From positions 37,950,293 through 38,014,292 of the forward strand of contig NC_068984.1 of NCBI RefSeq assembly GCF_001194135.2: 64,000 bases of DNA, read 5' to 3'. Of the stretch, positions 15,395 to 27,700 are shown piece by piece. The position numbers and the translations under genes were made by a program. Each line of letters begins with the position of its first letter. Position 1 is the stretch's first letter. The notes under the pieces are model-generated. The model ran no database searches and was not told where the DNA came from. It saw only the letters and a program-made list of their open reading frames with translations. The stretch comes from Octopus bimaculoides. Lineage: Eukaryota.

Positions 15395-18300
15395 TGGTTG
15401 GCGTTAGGAAGGGCATCCAGCTGTAGAAACTCTGCCAAATTTAGATTGGAGCCTGGTGTTGCCATCCGGTTTCACCAGTCCTCAGTCAAATCATCCAACC
15501 CATGCTAGCATGGAAAGCGGACGTTAAACGATGATGATGATGATATTGTCATAAGCATGCATACACTAAAGGTTCCTAAAAGTAATTGATAGCTTCTGTT
15601 ACCTAGCTAATCTACTTAGTTGTGTAGCTGGGTATTTTGATGGTTGTAACCAAAATAAGATTGGTTGAAATAAGTTGAAGGAAATGTTACCTCTGCTGAA
15701 AATAAATGGATTCTCTCTCCAAGTGAAGGGTAAATTGCATGATGCTTGTGTACAAAGCACAATGTTGCATGATGGTAAAACACGAATGGTGACTGTGAGA
15801 ATATGCCAAGCTTGGAAATAAATGAGATGAGCTTGCTCTGCTACATGTATAAATGTTAGTGTGCATGAATGGAGTACAAATGAACTGATAGAACAACTGA
15901 GTTTAAAAGGAATCAGATCTAGAATGAAAGAGAGATTACATTGTTATGGATATGTAATATGCATAGAGGATGACAGCTGGCTTAAGAAGTGCTAATGATC
16001 CAAGTAAGTAGAAAGAACCTGCTGAAGAGGAAGACATGGAAAGGAGTGATGAAAGCTAATCTCAAATGGTTGAATCTCAAAAAGAAAATGATAAAGGACT
16101 ACAACAATAGTTATGACTGAAACCAGAAATGATTTAGGATGATAAGTTGTGTTGGTAATTCATTGTCCTTGACTGCACAAAGTAATTTGCTTGAAATTAA
16201 TATCTAATATGTAAAGAAAATCTGCTGATATGGAATTACAAAATTCAATATTATAATAGCATCTAATTTACCAGACAGTGAAAAACATATGAAATCACCA
16301 TGGGTGGGTACTAAAACAGGTGTCAGCTTGCTGGAGCAAGGGACATAACCTGTCTTGAATGAAAACACATTATTCAAAATACCCGTGTTGTGCTAAATAA
16401 TTATACATAAAGCGTAAATGTGGACAACAACGTTCCAATATTAACAACAAACAAGATGAAGACAAATACCCATCAAATGCAAATAATGTACATAATTCCT
16501 CATCTCTTAAATATAGAACTGAACAAAGTATGTCACTCTGTGTGTGTGAGAGAGAGAGAGATTTGGTTGACTGATTAAGCAATACATTTCCTAACCCTGT
16601 TATCCATTTTGACCATACCATATATTTCTACTATAGCCTTGTGAATTAAATGTAGGTGAGTACTGTGTAGAAGTTCAGCATCCATCAGCCATAGGTGTGT
16701 TAGTGGAGCAGTGGTGGCAGTGGCAGAATTGAACATCAAACAAAAATACCTTGTGATATTTCGTCCTCTATTTTAGGACCCTTAAACCATGGGTAACTTT
16801 GTCTTTCCTGTTAGGTGATTGATGAAATAAATTGACCAAATACTGAGTTGGTGTAATCAAACTAAAACCATGAAAGGCATTGCTGTATCCTGGCTAAACA
16901 CCCACTGAAATCACATGGTTTTGGGTTCAGTCCCACTGAATGGCATTTTGGGCAAGTGACTACTATGATCCTAAGCTGACCAAGGCCTTGTGAGTGAATT
17001 TTGTAGAGAGAAACCGAAAGATAGCAGTTACGTGTGTGTGAGCATGTACTTGTGCACATGTGTTTTAGTCTCCTTGATTTGGCATCATGCACTAACTGTA
17101 AATAAATGATACTGACATTTAAGTGGTGTCTTCCATTTCCAGTCTCCTAAGAAAACATCTGGCCAGGGGGAAAATTTTACTTTGCTTGAAAACAGCTGAG
17201 GGTTAGTGGTAGGAAGGGTATCCAGTCATAGAAAATCTACTGCAAGGAATTCTGTCTAACCCATGCAAACATAGAAAATCATCATCAACATTTAATGTCC
17301 ATTTTCTATGCTGGCATGGGTTGGATGCCTTGAGAGGGATTGGCAAGGCCAGGGGCTACACCAGGTTCCATAGTCTGTTTTTGCTTAGTTTCTACAGCCA
17401 GCTGCTTTTTGCATGGCACTTTGGTTTTAGGGTTTTGGTTATGTTGTGGTGGGTGGGTCTTCGTGAATATAGCAATGTGTCACATATTTTGCTCCCCTGT
17501 CATCTCCTTCATATGGTTCAGCGTTTTGAGATCAGCCTTCAAATGCTTTGTCCCATGTCTTCCTGGGTTTCCCCCTTCCACAACTTCCCTAGGGATAAAA
17601 GTAGATGCTAAAACAATGATGCTGATGCATTGATGATATCTATAGAAAGTTGCAGGCTTGGCTGTGTGGATGAAGTTTGCTTCCCAACCACTTGATTTTA
17701 GGTTCAGTCCTACTGTGTGGCACCTTGGGCAAGTATGTTCTACTATAGCTCTGAGTTGACTAAAGCCATATGAGTGGATATGGTAGAAACTGAAAGAAGC
17801 CCACCATGTGTGTGTGTTTGCATTTTCTCTTGTGCTCACTGCCTTGTAAACAATAACTTAACAGTGTTATTTGCTTCCAGGCCACCCCAAAAGTATGTCC
17901 AGACTTCTTGATGTGCCTTCATTTATTGCATGCCTTTGTCTGATAGGATCCAATATGTCGAAGAACTTCATCAGTTGCCCTTTCCAACACCAACCACTTT
18001 ACAGCATGTACTGGGTACCTTTTTTCATGCCACCAGCATTAATGAGGTTGCCATGCAGCTTGCAAGACTACAAAACTTGAGTGGATGGAGATGAGGCATT
18101 AAAGTATGAGATTGGGAGCCAGAGTAGAATGGGTTTCTTATTGTAGAAAACCTACAGGACTACTCACCTTTTAGGTGAGAGTGTGAGAGTAATTGTATGG
18201 AGCTGGAAGGAGATAAAAATAGTGGTGATGAGGTGTGCAGGTGAACCCTCAAGGAATGAGGTGAGTTGAAGTGAATGGTAACAGAAGAACCTGGGTAGAA

Positions 18301-21300
18301 GTTATAATAGTGTGAGATGGAAAATGGGTGAGGGGAGGGGAGTGATGTTAGGTAAGTTGCAGGAGTATGGGAAGAGAGTGAGCGTCAGATGGTGGTGGAG
18401 TGATCAGTATAGAGTATGGGTAGAGAGAAGAGTATTAATGAATGAAGGATGAAGAACAAGTGAAATGGTTTCAGATAAAGTAGCATCAAGGAAGAACTAA
18501 TTAGAGAGATGATGGGTGGTAGGATTAGGTAGGTCTTATCGACAATGGTATATCACAATAATCCTGGGCCTTTATAATCTCATGAAGGTCCTGAGATCAG
18601 CCTTCACCACTTTGTCCCATATCGTCCTGGGTTTCCCTCTTTTGGACCAGGTTTTTAGTCTTAGGATAACATTCTCCCTTACCTCACACCAATTACAAAG
18701 GCTCTGAAAAAGGATCATTAGTCTTCCTCTGACTAAACCATTAAAAGGAAGGTGCATTCATGTGTGTGTATGCATAGTCTTTAATATGATTTAGTTCAAG
18801 CAAAATGGTACTACCCATTTCCTCTACAGACCCTTCTGAGCTTGTAAGGTTACTGAAATTGATATTCAGGTTGAACTTCTAGAAGTCCATGTCTGTAAGG
18901 AAAATATTGGTCAAGTATGAACTCCCCTTAGTGATAAAAGTTTGAATAAAGTGCTTTGAATTGGGTTTATGGTGTGTGATATACTAAGGAGAATGAGTTG
19001 TGGTTTGAGTATGCTTGCTAGCTTAGATCAGACATATGGAATATTGTTGTTTGTTTGTGGGCATGTATTGACAAGTAGGAGTTTGTTTATCATGCAGATA
19101 GCCCTTTTTTTTTTTGTCATCTACAATGTATGTGTACCAGCTGCATTGTCACAGATATGTGATCAATGCTCCATTGTTTGGAGCATTTTTATCATGTAGA
19201 ATGTCAGCAACTATTAAGATATAAAATAGTTTTCGCTTCTCAAAAAAGGAGGTCTCTCCTTTAGGATATAGTTTTCGTTATGAAAAGGCATCCACGTTAG
19301 TTAGTGGATGTTTTAGTTTTGTTTTGTTGATGAATGAACAATATTTGTTTGACATGTTTGTTTGGCTGTCTTGATGCTGGTGAATAAATGTGATAGTGTG
19401 TGCAGACCTGTTATATAAAAGCTTATTCTCCTTTCTTCACATTTACTAATTTCTCCTTTTACACTACATTTTCTCTTTTCACACCCTTCTCTATTAGTTT
19501 ACCTAATGTAATGGTTATAGACGAGGTGTTTATGGTGAAGTATAAATTTAATCAGTATAAGGAAAACCTTATCTGACTTTGATTTATATGTGTTTGGAGA
19601 ACCATAGCAATAATGGTTCTTATTTTTCAATTTTCAGTAAATTCAGTTAAATCGGAATTGATCAGAAATCTGGCTGTACACCCATTAAACTTAAAGTCTT
19701 CAATAGGGATGCAAGGAAAAAGTATGTTTTTACTTTTTTACCCACTTTCTTTTATTTTCACTTTCTCTTTTATTTAACACCTGTGTAGATCTTTTATAAA
19801 AAAAAACAACACATTATTAAATATAATCAGATAGCAGGTTGTCACTCTTTCACAATCAGTTCTATTTTAACCAAATTTATAGTAATGAATGATTTAGATG
19901 CATTTTTATTTATGTGGTATATGCCAGGAGGTTATGAAGAAAATAAGAAAGTAAAAAATGAACAAGTAATGAAATGGAAAAAAAATTCTATCCCAATTAT
20001 TGGTTTTATTTAAGTTCTTTTTTCAGCTTTTTCAAAACTAAATAGATAGATAAGCAATAAAACATAGATGGAAAAAGTGGACAAAAACATGATGAAATGA
20101 ACACGTGTGTTGATGAAGATTATATTTTCAGTTGAGTAAAGAATCAGTACTAGAAAATTTTGAATTACAAATCCATGTCTAAGGAAAATATGGGCAGAGG
20201 ATGAACTTCTCTCTGGTGATAAAAGTTTAAATTATATGCTGCAGATTGCTTTGAGGTTAGGAATGTACTAGTGGTTGAAAACTTAAATGATATCAAATAA
20301 TGATCTCGATTATTGAGATTTTGTTAATTAGGCTCAAAAGNNNNNNNNNNACCAATAATGTAGCCTGAGTTAATTGTTTATAAGATGGGAGGTTTTGCTG
20401 TTTATTGAAAAGTTTAGATCAATATCTTGGATCTGTGTAAGGATCTGACATAATAGTTCTACAAGAGATACAATTCCTGTGACCAAACAGCAAGTTGTTG
20501 ATTGCTTTTCCATTCAATCCTTCATCTGGTACATAGGCTAGCTATTGAATGTTAAAAATTATTTGTGAATTTAAAATAGTAAACAGTGTGGTATGGGTGC
20601 TTCCTGCTACTGATAATTAATGCCTCATAATCAAGAATAAAATGTATTCAACTTATGAAAATGAATTATTAAATGAATTGCCAAAATCACTTAATTGAGG
20701 TACACTCATAGATAATTAAAACTTAACAGTATTATTTATAACATTTATCATCCCATCATTCTCTTTCTGTTAAATTTACTGTCTTAAAAATTAATAGTTA
20801 AATAAAAGATACATATTTTTAATGTATTTCAAGTACACATAATGTTTTGCATACATCACCACTGGGGTGACCTCAGTTTTTGTTGCTAATAACTATTGAG
20901 TTCAATTAGTAGTGGTGAGGAAATTTGAGGAGTGGGTGCATGATATCGCTTGCCTGGAGAATGTTCTTTAGACTTGCTCATTTACTGTGAAAGAGTGCTT
21001 TTATTTCAGTTATGCTATAAAGCTACTGTTTATTATTTCACACTATATAATTTTTCCCACTATTTCTGCACTGTTTAGATTTAGTTCACTGTCATTTAAA
21101 ACATATTACATCTATTTAAAAAAAGTAAAATTATATCCAAATTTATCCTCTTAAAATATTCAGAATATTTTGTTTCAGTATTCATGTTATGCTACCATTT
21201 AGATTATTTGATTGAAATAAAAATGAGCAAAGATTTATTTGATTGGTATTCCACCAGCCTGGAAAGGCACACACACAAATGCCTGAAAATAAGAGTTGTA

Positions 21301-24152
21301 GGATTCTTGACAAAAAATCTGAAAAAAAAAAGAAAAAGAAAAAAAAGTTAAAATAGTTATATTTGTATTATTCCTTTATTTAATTTTATTTTCCTTCAAC
21401 ATCATGATTACTCATTTCCAGAAAAATTTGTACCACCATAAGTATCTGCTTGTAAGCCACGTACCACTTCAGTCACCATTATCATGATGTTTTGTGTAAT
21501 TTTTTTGTGTATCACATTGATAGTCAGATGCCATCTTTTTGAATATGTCAGGTATATCCTGTCAATTTTTTTTTTTATTTTTTCATTTCTTTTTCTAGTC
21601 TAAAGAAGGAAGACAGTTTCTTTGGGGCCTTTTAAAGTTAAAGGCTTAATGAATACAGTTCAAGGCTTATAGATATTGGCAAAATGATTAGCATACAGTA
21701 TAAGTAAAAAATAAAAAAAATATTGACTGATGATTGTCACAGAAATAAAGAAATTTTTAGAGGACTGACAAGTGCCATAATAATGAATATTTTCAAGAAA
21801 TAGTGAGAGTGTGACTTAGTAGAGGGCTAGTAAACTGAAAGCTGCTTCTGGTGGTCAGTTTCTTTATGGAGTTGTTACTTTCTCTTTAGACACTGTTTAA
21901 TATTAGTAGTTTGGTATGTCTGCACATTTTCAGGCACAGAAGCAATATTTCATAATTGTAAAGGTTTTATCTCTCAGTAAATGCTCAAGTCAAATACATT
22001 TTAGCTATGAAAAGGACCTTAGTCTCTTTAGTGTAGTTTTAGTGATAGTGACTGCAAGGATGTGGGTTATAAGATAGCAAGAACTAGATTATCAGAAGTT
22101 GAAGATTTTAATCAATGGCTATTGTGTTGGTTATTTGACAGATTTAAATACAACATGGATTAAATGAAGAAACACCACATTAAAACATCAAATATTCTTG
22201 AGCCAAGTCCACATGCTTTTAAAGTAGGAAACAGTCAATTTGCATTGTGATGTGCTGTAGTGTCAAGGATTAAAGAAAAAAAATTCTTATTCAACACTTT
22301 TATTGGAAGATGTGCCATTTTATTGAAGTTCATCCTATTCATCTCAGTGTTATTAAGTAATGATGGCTTTATTGTAGATTTTTGCCTATGAATTTAAATT
22401 CAGTCCTGCAAATAATGAAACATTTGACAACTCCAATACTTCTGAATGGTTTATGAGTTTAAATGAATAAGTTTGTATGATGCGGCAAGAAGAATCTGAC
22501 ATTTTGGGAATCATCATTCATCTGAGAGAAAAGAAATGTTTCAACTTCCCTATGTTTGTTTACAGCTTAGTGGTTTGGGTTACTGAATGCAGCCTTGCTC
22601 TTTCAGCCTGCAGACAGGCACATTAATGTTTTTACCAGTTGCAATTTCCATGGACTAGGACAGTTTACTAGAATTAGTCAGACCAGAATGAAGAAAACGA
22701 AAAAATTATTAGTTGTGTGTTGGATAAAGGTTTATTTTTCACTTTGTTTGCTAAAGAATATGAAAGATTATTGTTTGACCTCACTGGGAAATGTTGCTTT
22801 TGAAGTACTAGAATTATTAGATAACAAGAATATACTGCCAAGAAGAAAAGTTCAAAAGCAGTGTTGTCCTGATAAAATGGGCCTTATGAATTCTTCAGTT
22901 TAATAATTTGAAAAGTGCAAAAAAAAAAGTATTTTGGTTTATGTCCATGATGCATCTACTGAATTCAGAAGACTGAGCAGTTAAAATGTAAGAACACGTA
23001 TGGAATTTACTGAGCTGTCATGGATGTGGATATAAAAGAGATTTGGCCTTAAATGGAGTGTAACATATAACCTAACCAAATTTGAGCCAATAAAAGTCAC
23101 AGAGAGTACACATAGGATATTGGCATCTAAAATGTGGCTAAATGCATTATACTATTATACTCAATCATTATACTATTATACTCAATCAGTTTTGAGTCAA
23201 AAAATTTTGGGGTTCATAAAAGATCCAGATCTTGAAATATTTGCTTCCTTTCAGTATCATCAAGACATATGAACTAAATACAAAAATAATAGTTCTTTTT
23301 TCCCTTTCTTGATTATTTTATACCATTAAAAGAGTCTTAGGACAAACTGAATTTCTAGTGATGCTTCAAATTTCAGAGTGTTGCCTACCTCTAGGAGGAC
23401 TTGCATTCATGACTGCAAGCAAAAAAAAAAATACATTCATTCTGCTGCTACATAAGTAGTGATCTGTATATGTGTATAACCTATATTTAAAACAATACAG
23501 TATTGTATCACTTAGGCTTAATGACTGAGGTTAAGGGTGCAAGATATTGACCTCATAGTCTTAGGTTTACTTTCTAATTTGCACCAATTCAATTTATAAT
23601 GTATCCAATGAAAAAATGGATATGAAACAGTAGAGAGAACTGAAAGATTACATATTAAAATATTTAAATGACTATTTGATTCATATAATTGTATTTCACC
23701 TTGTATTTATTCATTAAAAACAAATTGTTGAAATAATCTTTAAAAGTATCAGTTCCAACCAGGATGTAAGTTGCAACTTTCTATCACTATTCACATTTGA
23801 AAACGTTAATAGCAAATGCTTCAATTCAGAGCCCAACAGCATTTTGGTCATTGCATAACTTGACATATTTTTCATGGGAGGGAGTATAAACCTTTCCTCA
23901 TAGTGCATGAATTAAAACTGATTTTAAATAGTCATAGAAACTGTCATACTCTTGCATAAAAACAAGCTTTCTTTGCATAGGAATGGATTCAAATTTTAGA
24001 GTTATTTTATTATATTTTTTAGGATTATATACTTAAGCACGCATACACATCACATAGTTAATATATGAAATGCAGAAAGGTGTATGTAAGTTTTCATGCC
24101 TGGACCTTGGTTTATGTTTCCATTTAAGTTCCGCACAATCACACTCACATGT

Positions 24153-24189
<37 letters not shown>

Positions 24190-24760
24190 TTGACTATATG
24201 CCAATCGACATCAAGTAGTTATATCATCAAAAGCATTCCAGCCGTGCCCTTTTTTTTTAAGTGGGGTTGTCCGGGCTGCTATCTAATGTATCTTCCTTTT
24301 AAATGCGTTTCATGTACTTTGAGTGAAATTTGGCTGTTACTTCAGAACGATCACTAAGCGGTTCTTTTATTAATGCGGAAACATTTTTCTGTAAACCGAT
24401 ACGAACAAAGATTAGTTTTATTCCTCTTCGATGACATTTTGTCTCGAGTTCTAATAATGAAATTTTATTTTCTCGTCTCTGTTCCATATGATTGTAACGA
24501 TTACTTCCCCTTTTTACAACCCTTGAATGTGACATACTTTTCGTAACCATTGTTTGTCACGAGTCAGATATGTACTTTATTTATATGAACTATTTTTACT
24601 ATAAGTATTTCTCATTTTACGAAAACAAATTTTAGATTAGAAAAAATATATTTATTTATACTCTTTGTATAGGTACTTTTGGTTTCACGAATAGCAATCG
24701 AATTAGGCCTCTGTCAAGGTCCAACATTTCTAACTTTACTGAATCGCTGACTCGAGTATT

Positions 24761-24792
<32 letters not shown>

Positions 24793-27700
24793 GGGTCTTT
24801 TGACTATATTTAAATTTTATTTGAGGGGAAAAGACTAAATTCGTGTTGATTATAATAAATCTATTGAACAAAGCTACAAAATTGAGCGTGGACACAGTTT
24901 AGTAGCACAAGTATTAACGAAAGTAGGATCAGATGTAGCAGTATTAACGACAGCAGTAGGAGTGGTGGTAGTAGTAGTAAAAGCAACCGGAGTAGCGGTA
25001 GTAGTAGTATTTAACAAGGAAAGGAGTAGCACTATTAACAGCAGGAGTAGCGGTTGCAGCAGTTGTGGTGGTGGTAGTAAGTTTTATCTTACGAATACAA
25101 CTGTATACGGTCAAGTAAACAATTATTTTCTACTACTTGGCTCCATCACGACCACAGACCAATGAATTACCCCACTCACGGACAGGTTATGCTGGCACTG
25201 GACTTGCTACCAGAAACGCTAGGTTCTGACCTTTCTGATAACTTTGACTTCTTTTCCCCGCTGCTTTCCCTCAGAAACTAATGGATGCCACTTTCTCGGC
25301 CAACTTCGCCCATTGAGGAATGTATATTACGAATTGACGGAGTCGATGCATGCAAGTTTTAGACTAATTATAATTTACTGCTGATTGTATTTTATTTACC
25401 TGCGTATTTTGATAGAGGAAAACTTTTTTTAGTCACGTTAATTTTGGGCCTTATTTCCTATCCAAAATAATATTCTCTTGTCCTCCAGCTCGGCATACAG
25501 GAGTTGTGAGTTGTAAGGTATTTCATTGGGTGTTACCATCATGTTAGAGTAATGGCGCCTAAAAAATCAACAGTATCAAACGTTCTTCCGTTTCATGTAG
25601 TGGATAAAACGGCTTTATCACCGGGATATACGCATTGGGACCATCATGATATAATTTATACTAAAAGTGGTAAGTCATGAGGCATTTGCACCTCTCAGAA
25701 TTTGTACATTTGATAACTAATGAAGCTGCATTGTTGAGTAGTAGAACTTATCTGCTTAAAATATAATAAACACAGCACATATCTCTTTTTCTCCGGTGCT
25801 TTGCGATGAACATTTCTGTTCAGTTGTGACTATCAGTCTCTCACTGGAGAATATATCTTACAAATATATAATGGGGCCTTTATGTAGGCTGCTGGCTTTT
25901 GATTAACAACAACGCTGTTAATGATTATCTCGTCGTCCAGAAACGGCCTCTTATCTAAAAATCCCTTGGTTAGAATCAACACAAATATTGCTTTATTTCT
26001 TTTTTGTTCTTTATTTATTCCTTGTTGGGAAATAAAATAATGGTAGTGTTGGCTGACGTTAAAAGAAAAGCGAACCAGGCGACTACTAAGAGATTCTTTC
26101 CTGATCATATGAAATATTTCTTAACACTGCTATTTTCTATTATGCAAGCGACTGTTTTACTTTTCTGTTTATAACTTGTGAGCAAATTATATATACCATG
26201 GTGTCTCGTTGCTTGTTGGAAAAATACTTCGTTATTAGGGGAGTTGGAATGGTAGTTTGTTTTCTTATTTTTTTTTGCTCGAAAGATATTTCTTTCTAAT
26301 ATAGTTTTAAATGTAATTAATTTTGTCTAGTTTAACAGAATAAGAATCCAGTTGACTGGAAAGTTATGCAAATTATTTAATCCAGTCCTGATACACGAAT
26401 CGTTTCTCGTATAGAGTCAGCATTTTTAGATAATATATAATGTCATAACTGCTATAAAAACAAGATCAAGATTCATCGAAAATTAATATATTTCATTTGC
26501 CAGTATTAACTTTCTCGTCCACGACTTTATAAAGCAATGACGTATATTACTTTCGCAGACTGAATGTGTAGCTTTATGCTAAAAGAGATTTAAAATTAAT
26601 GTGAAAGTCAGTAAAACTTTTGTGTTCGTGTTAGAAAATAGTAATTTCGATCTGGCGATCTTAATTTAATGGCTATTCTTGAAAACAACAGCAGCCTTTT
26701 TTTTTTTATGCAGACTATCAAAATGTCTTTTCATATGTTTGATTATTTAAACTCTCTAGGTAGGTACTCCTTTAAACTTCTGGTCGATTACCCAAGTGTT
26801 GTATTTGCCGTCAATATTGTAGTTCCCTTTCTATCTTGTCTTTTTTTTTCTCACGCAAATAAATTTATCGCCTTTGCTTATGATTCTATTAAAGAGGAAA
26901 ACGACAATATTATTTCCGAAATAACCAAACTAACATTTGTTTTTTTATGATAAAGTTTCAAATCGATGTCTTGGTTTTGTATTACAATTGTCAAACATGG
27001 CCTATTAAAGAGAAAGTGTCATCCATCACTCAGCCCCACACTCGTTCACCTCTAAGATGTGGTTACTAATTATTTCAACTAACATCTCTCTTTCTCTCTC
27101 TCTCTCTCATAAAATTATTTTTAAAAAAATTCTAGTAGTTCTTGATCATAACAAGTGATTTGTTTTGCCTTGAATAACAATTTCAAAACTTCAGTTTTGT
27201 ATAGATTGTATTATTTTTCAAATATTTTAAGCATAGAATAGCCTTTTTTCCCCTTTTCTTATCGCTCCCTCCGATGAAAAAAAAAATGCTATTTTGTTTG
27301 ACAATGTATTATCAAATTTCTGTATTGTAACCGATTTTCAGTTTTCTTCTTTGGACTATCCAGGCTTATACTGCGAGATTGAAAAAGTGTACGAGTAGAA
27401 CGAGACTTATTATGATTATTATTATCACTACTACTGCTACAATTACATTTTCATCTTTAGATAAGAAGTCATTCAAATTATAAAAGCTAATAGTTTGGGA
27501 AAAACCAGGAAAAAAAAATTCACACAGAAACTTCCATATGCAATATGCAGAATAACAAACGACTTAGGCAAATAGTGCGAGATGTAGCCACCATTGTTTT
27601 GTAGGGAATTGACATATTGGTAGCAGTGGGTTATCGCGATAGAGTGCATAAAATAGTCACATTTGTAGGTCGATTATTTTCCCACCCTTTTTAATATTTG

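Noticed and set aside
22595-22903. 102-aa ORF faintly reminiscent of a DNA transposase segment
   Set aside because: No catalytic motif or TIRs could be identified; a profile search would be needed.
26472-26480. TTCATCGAA as a STAT (GAS) site for JAK-STAT feedback on PIAS
   Set aside because: A single weak match to TTCNNNGAA is expected by chance in AT-rich DNA.
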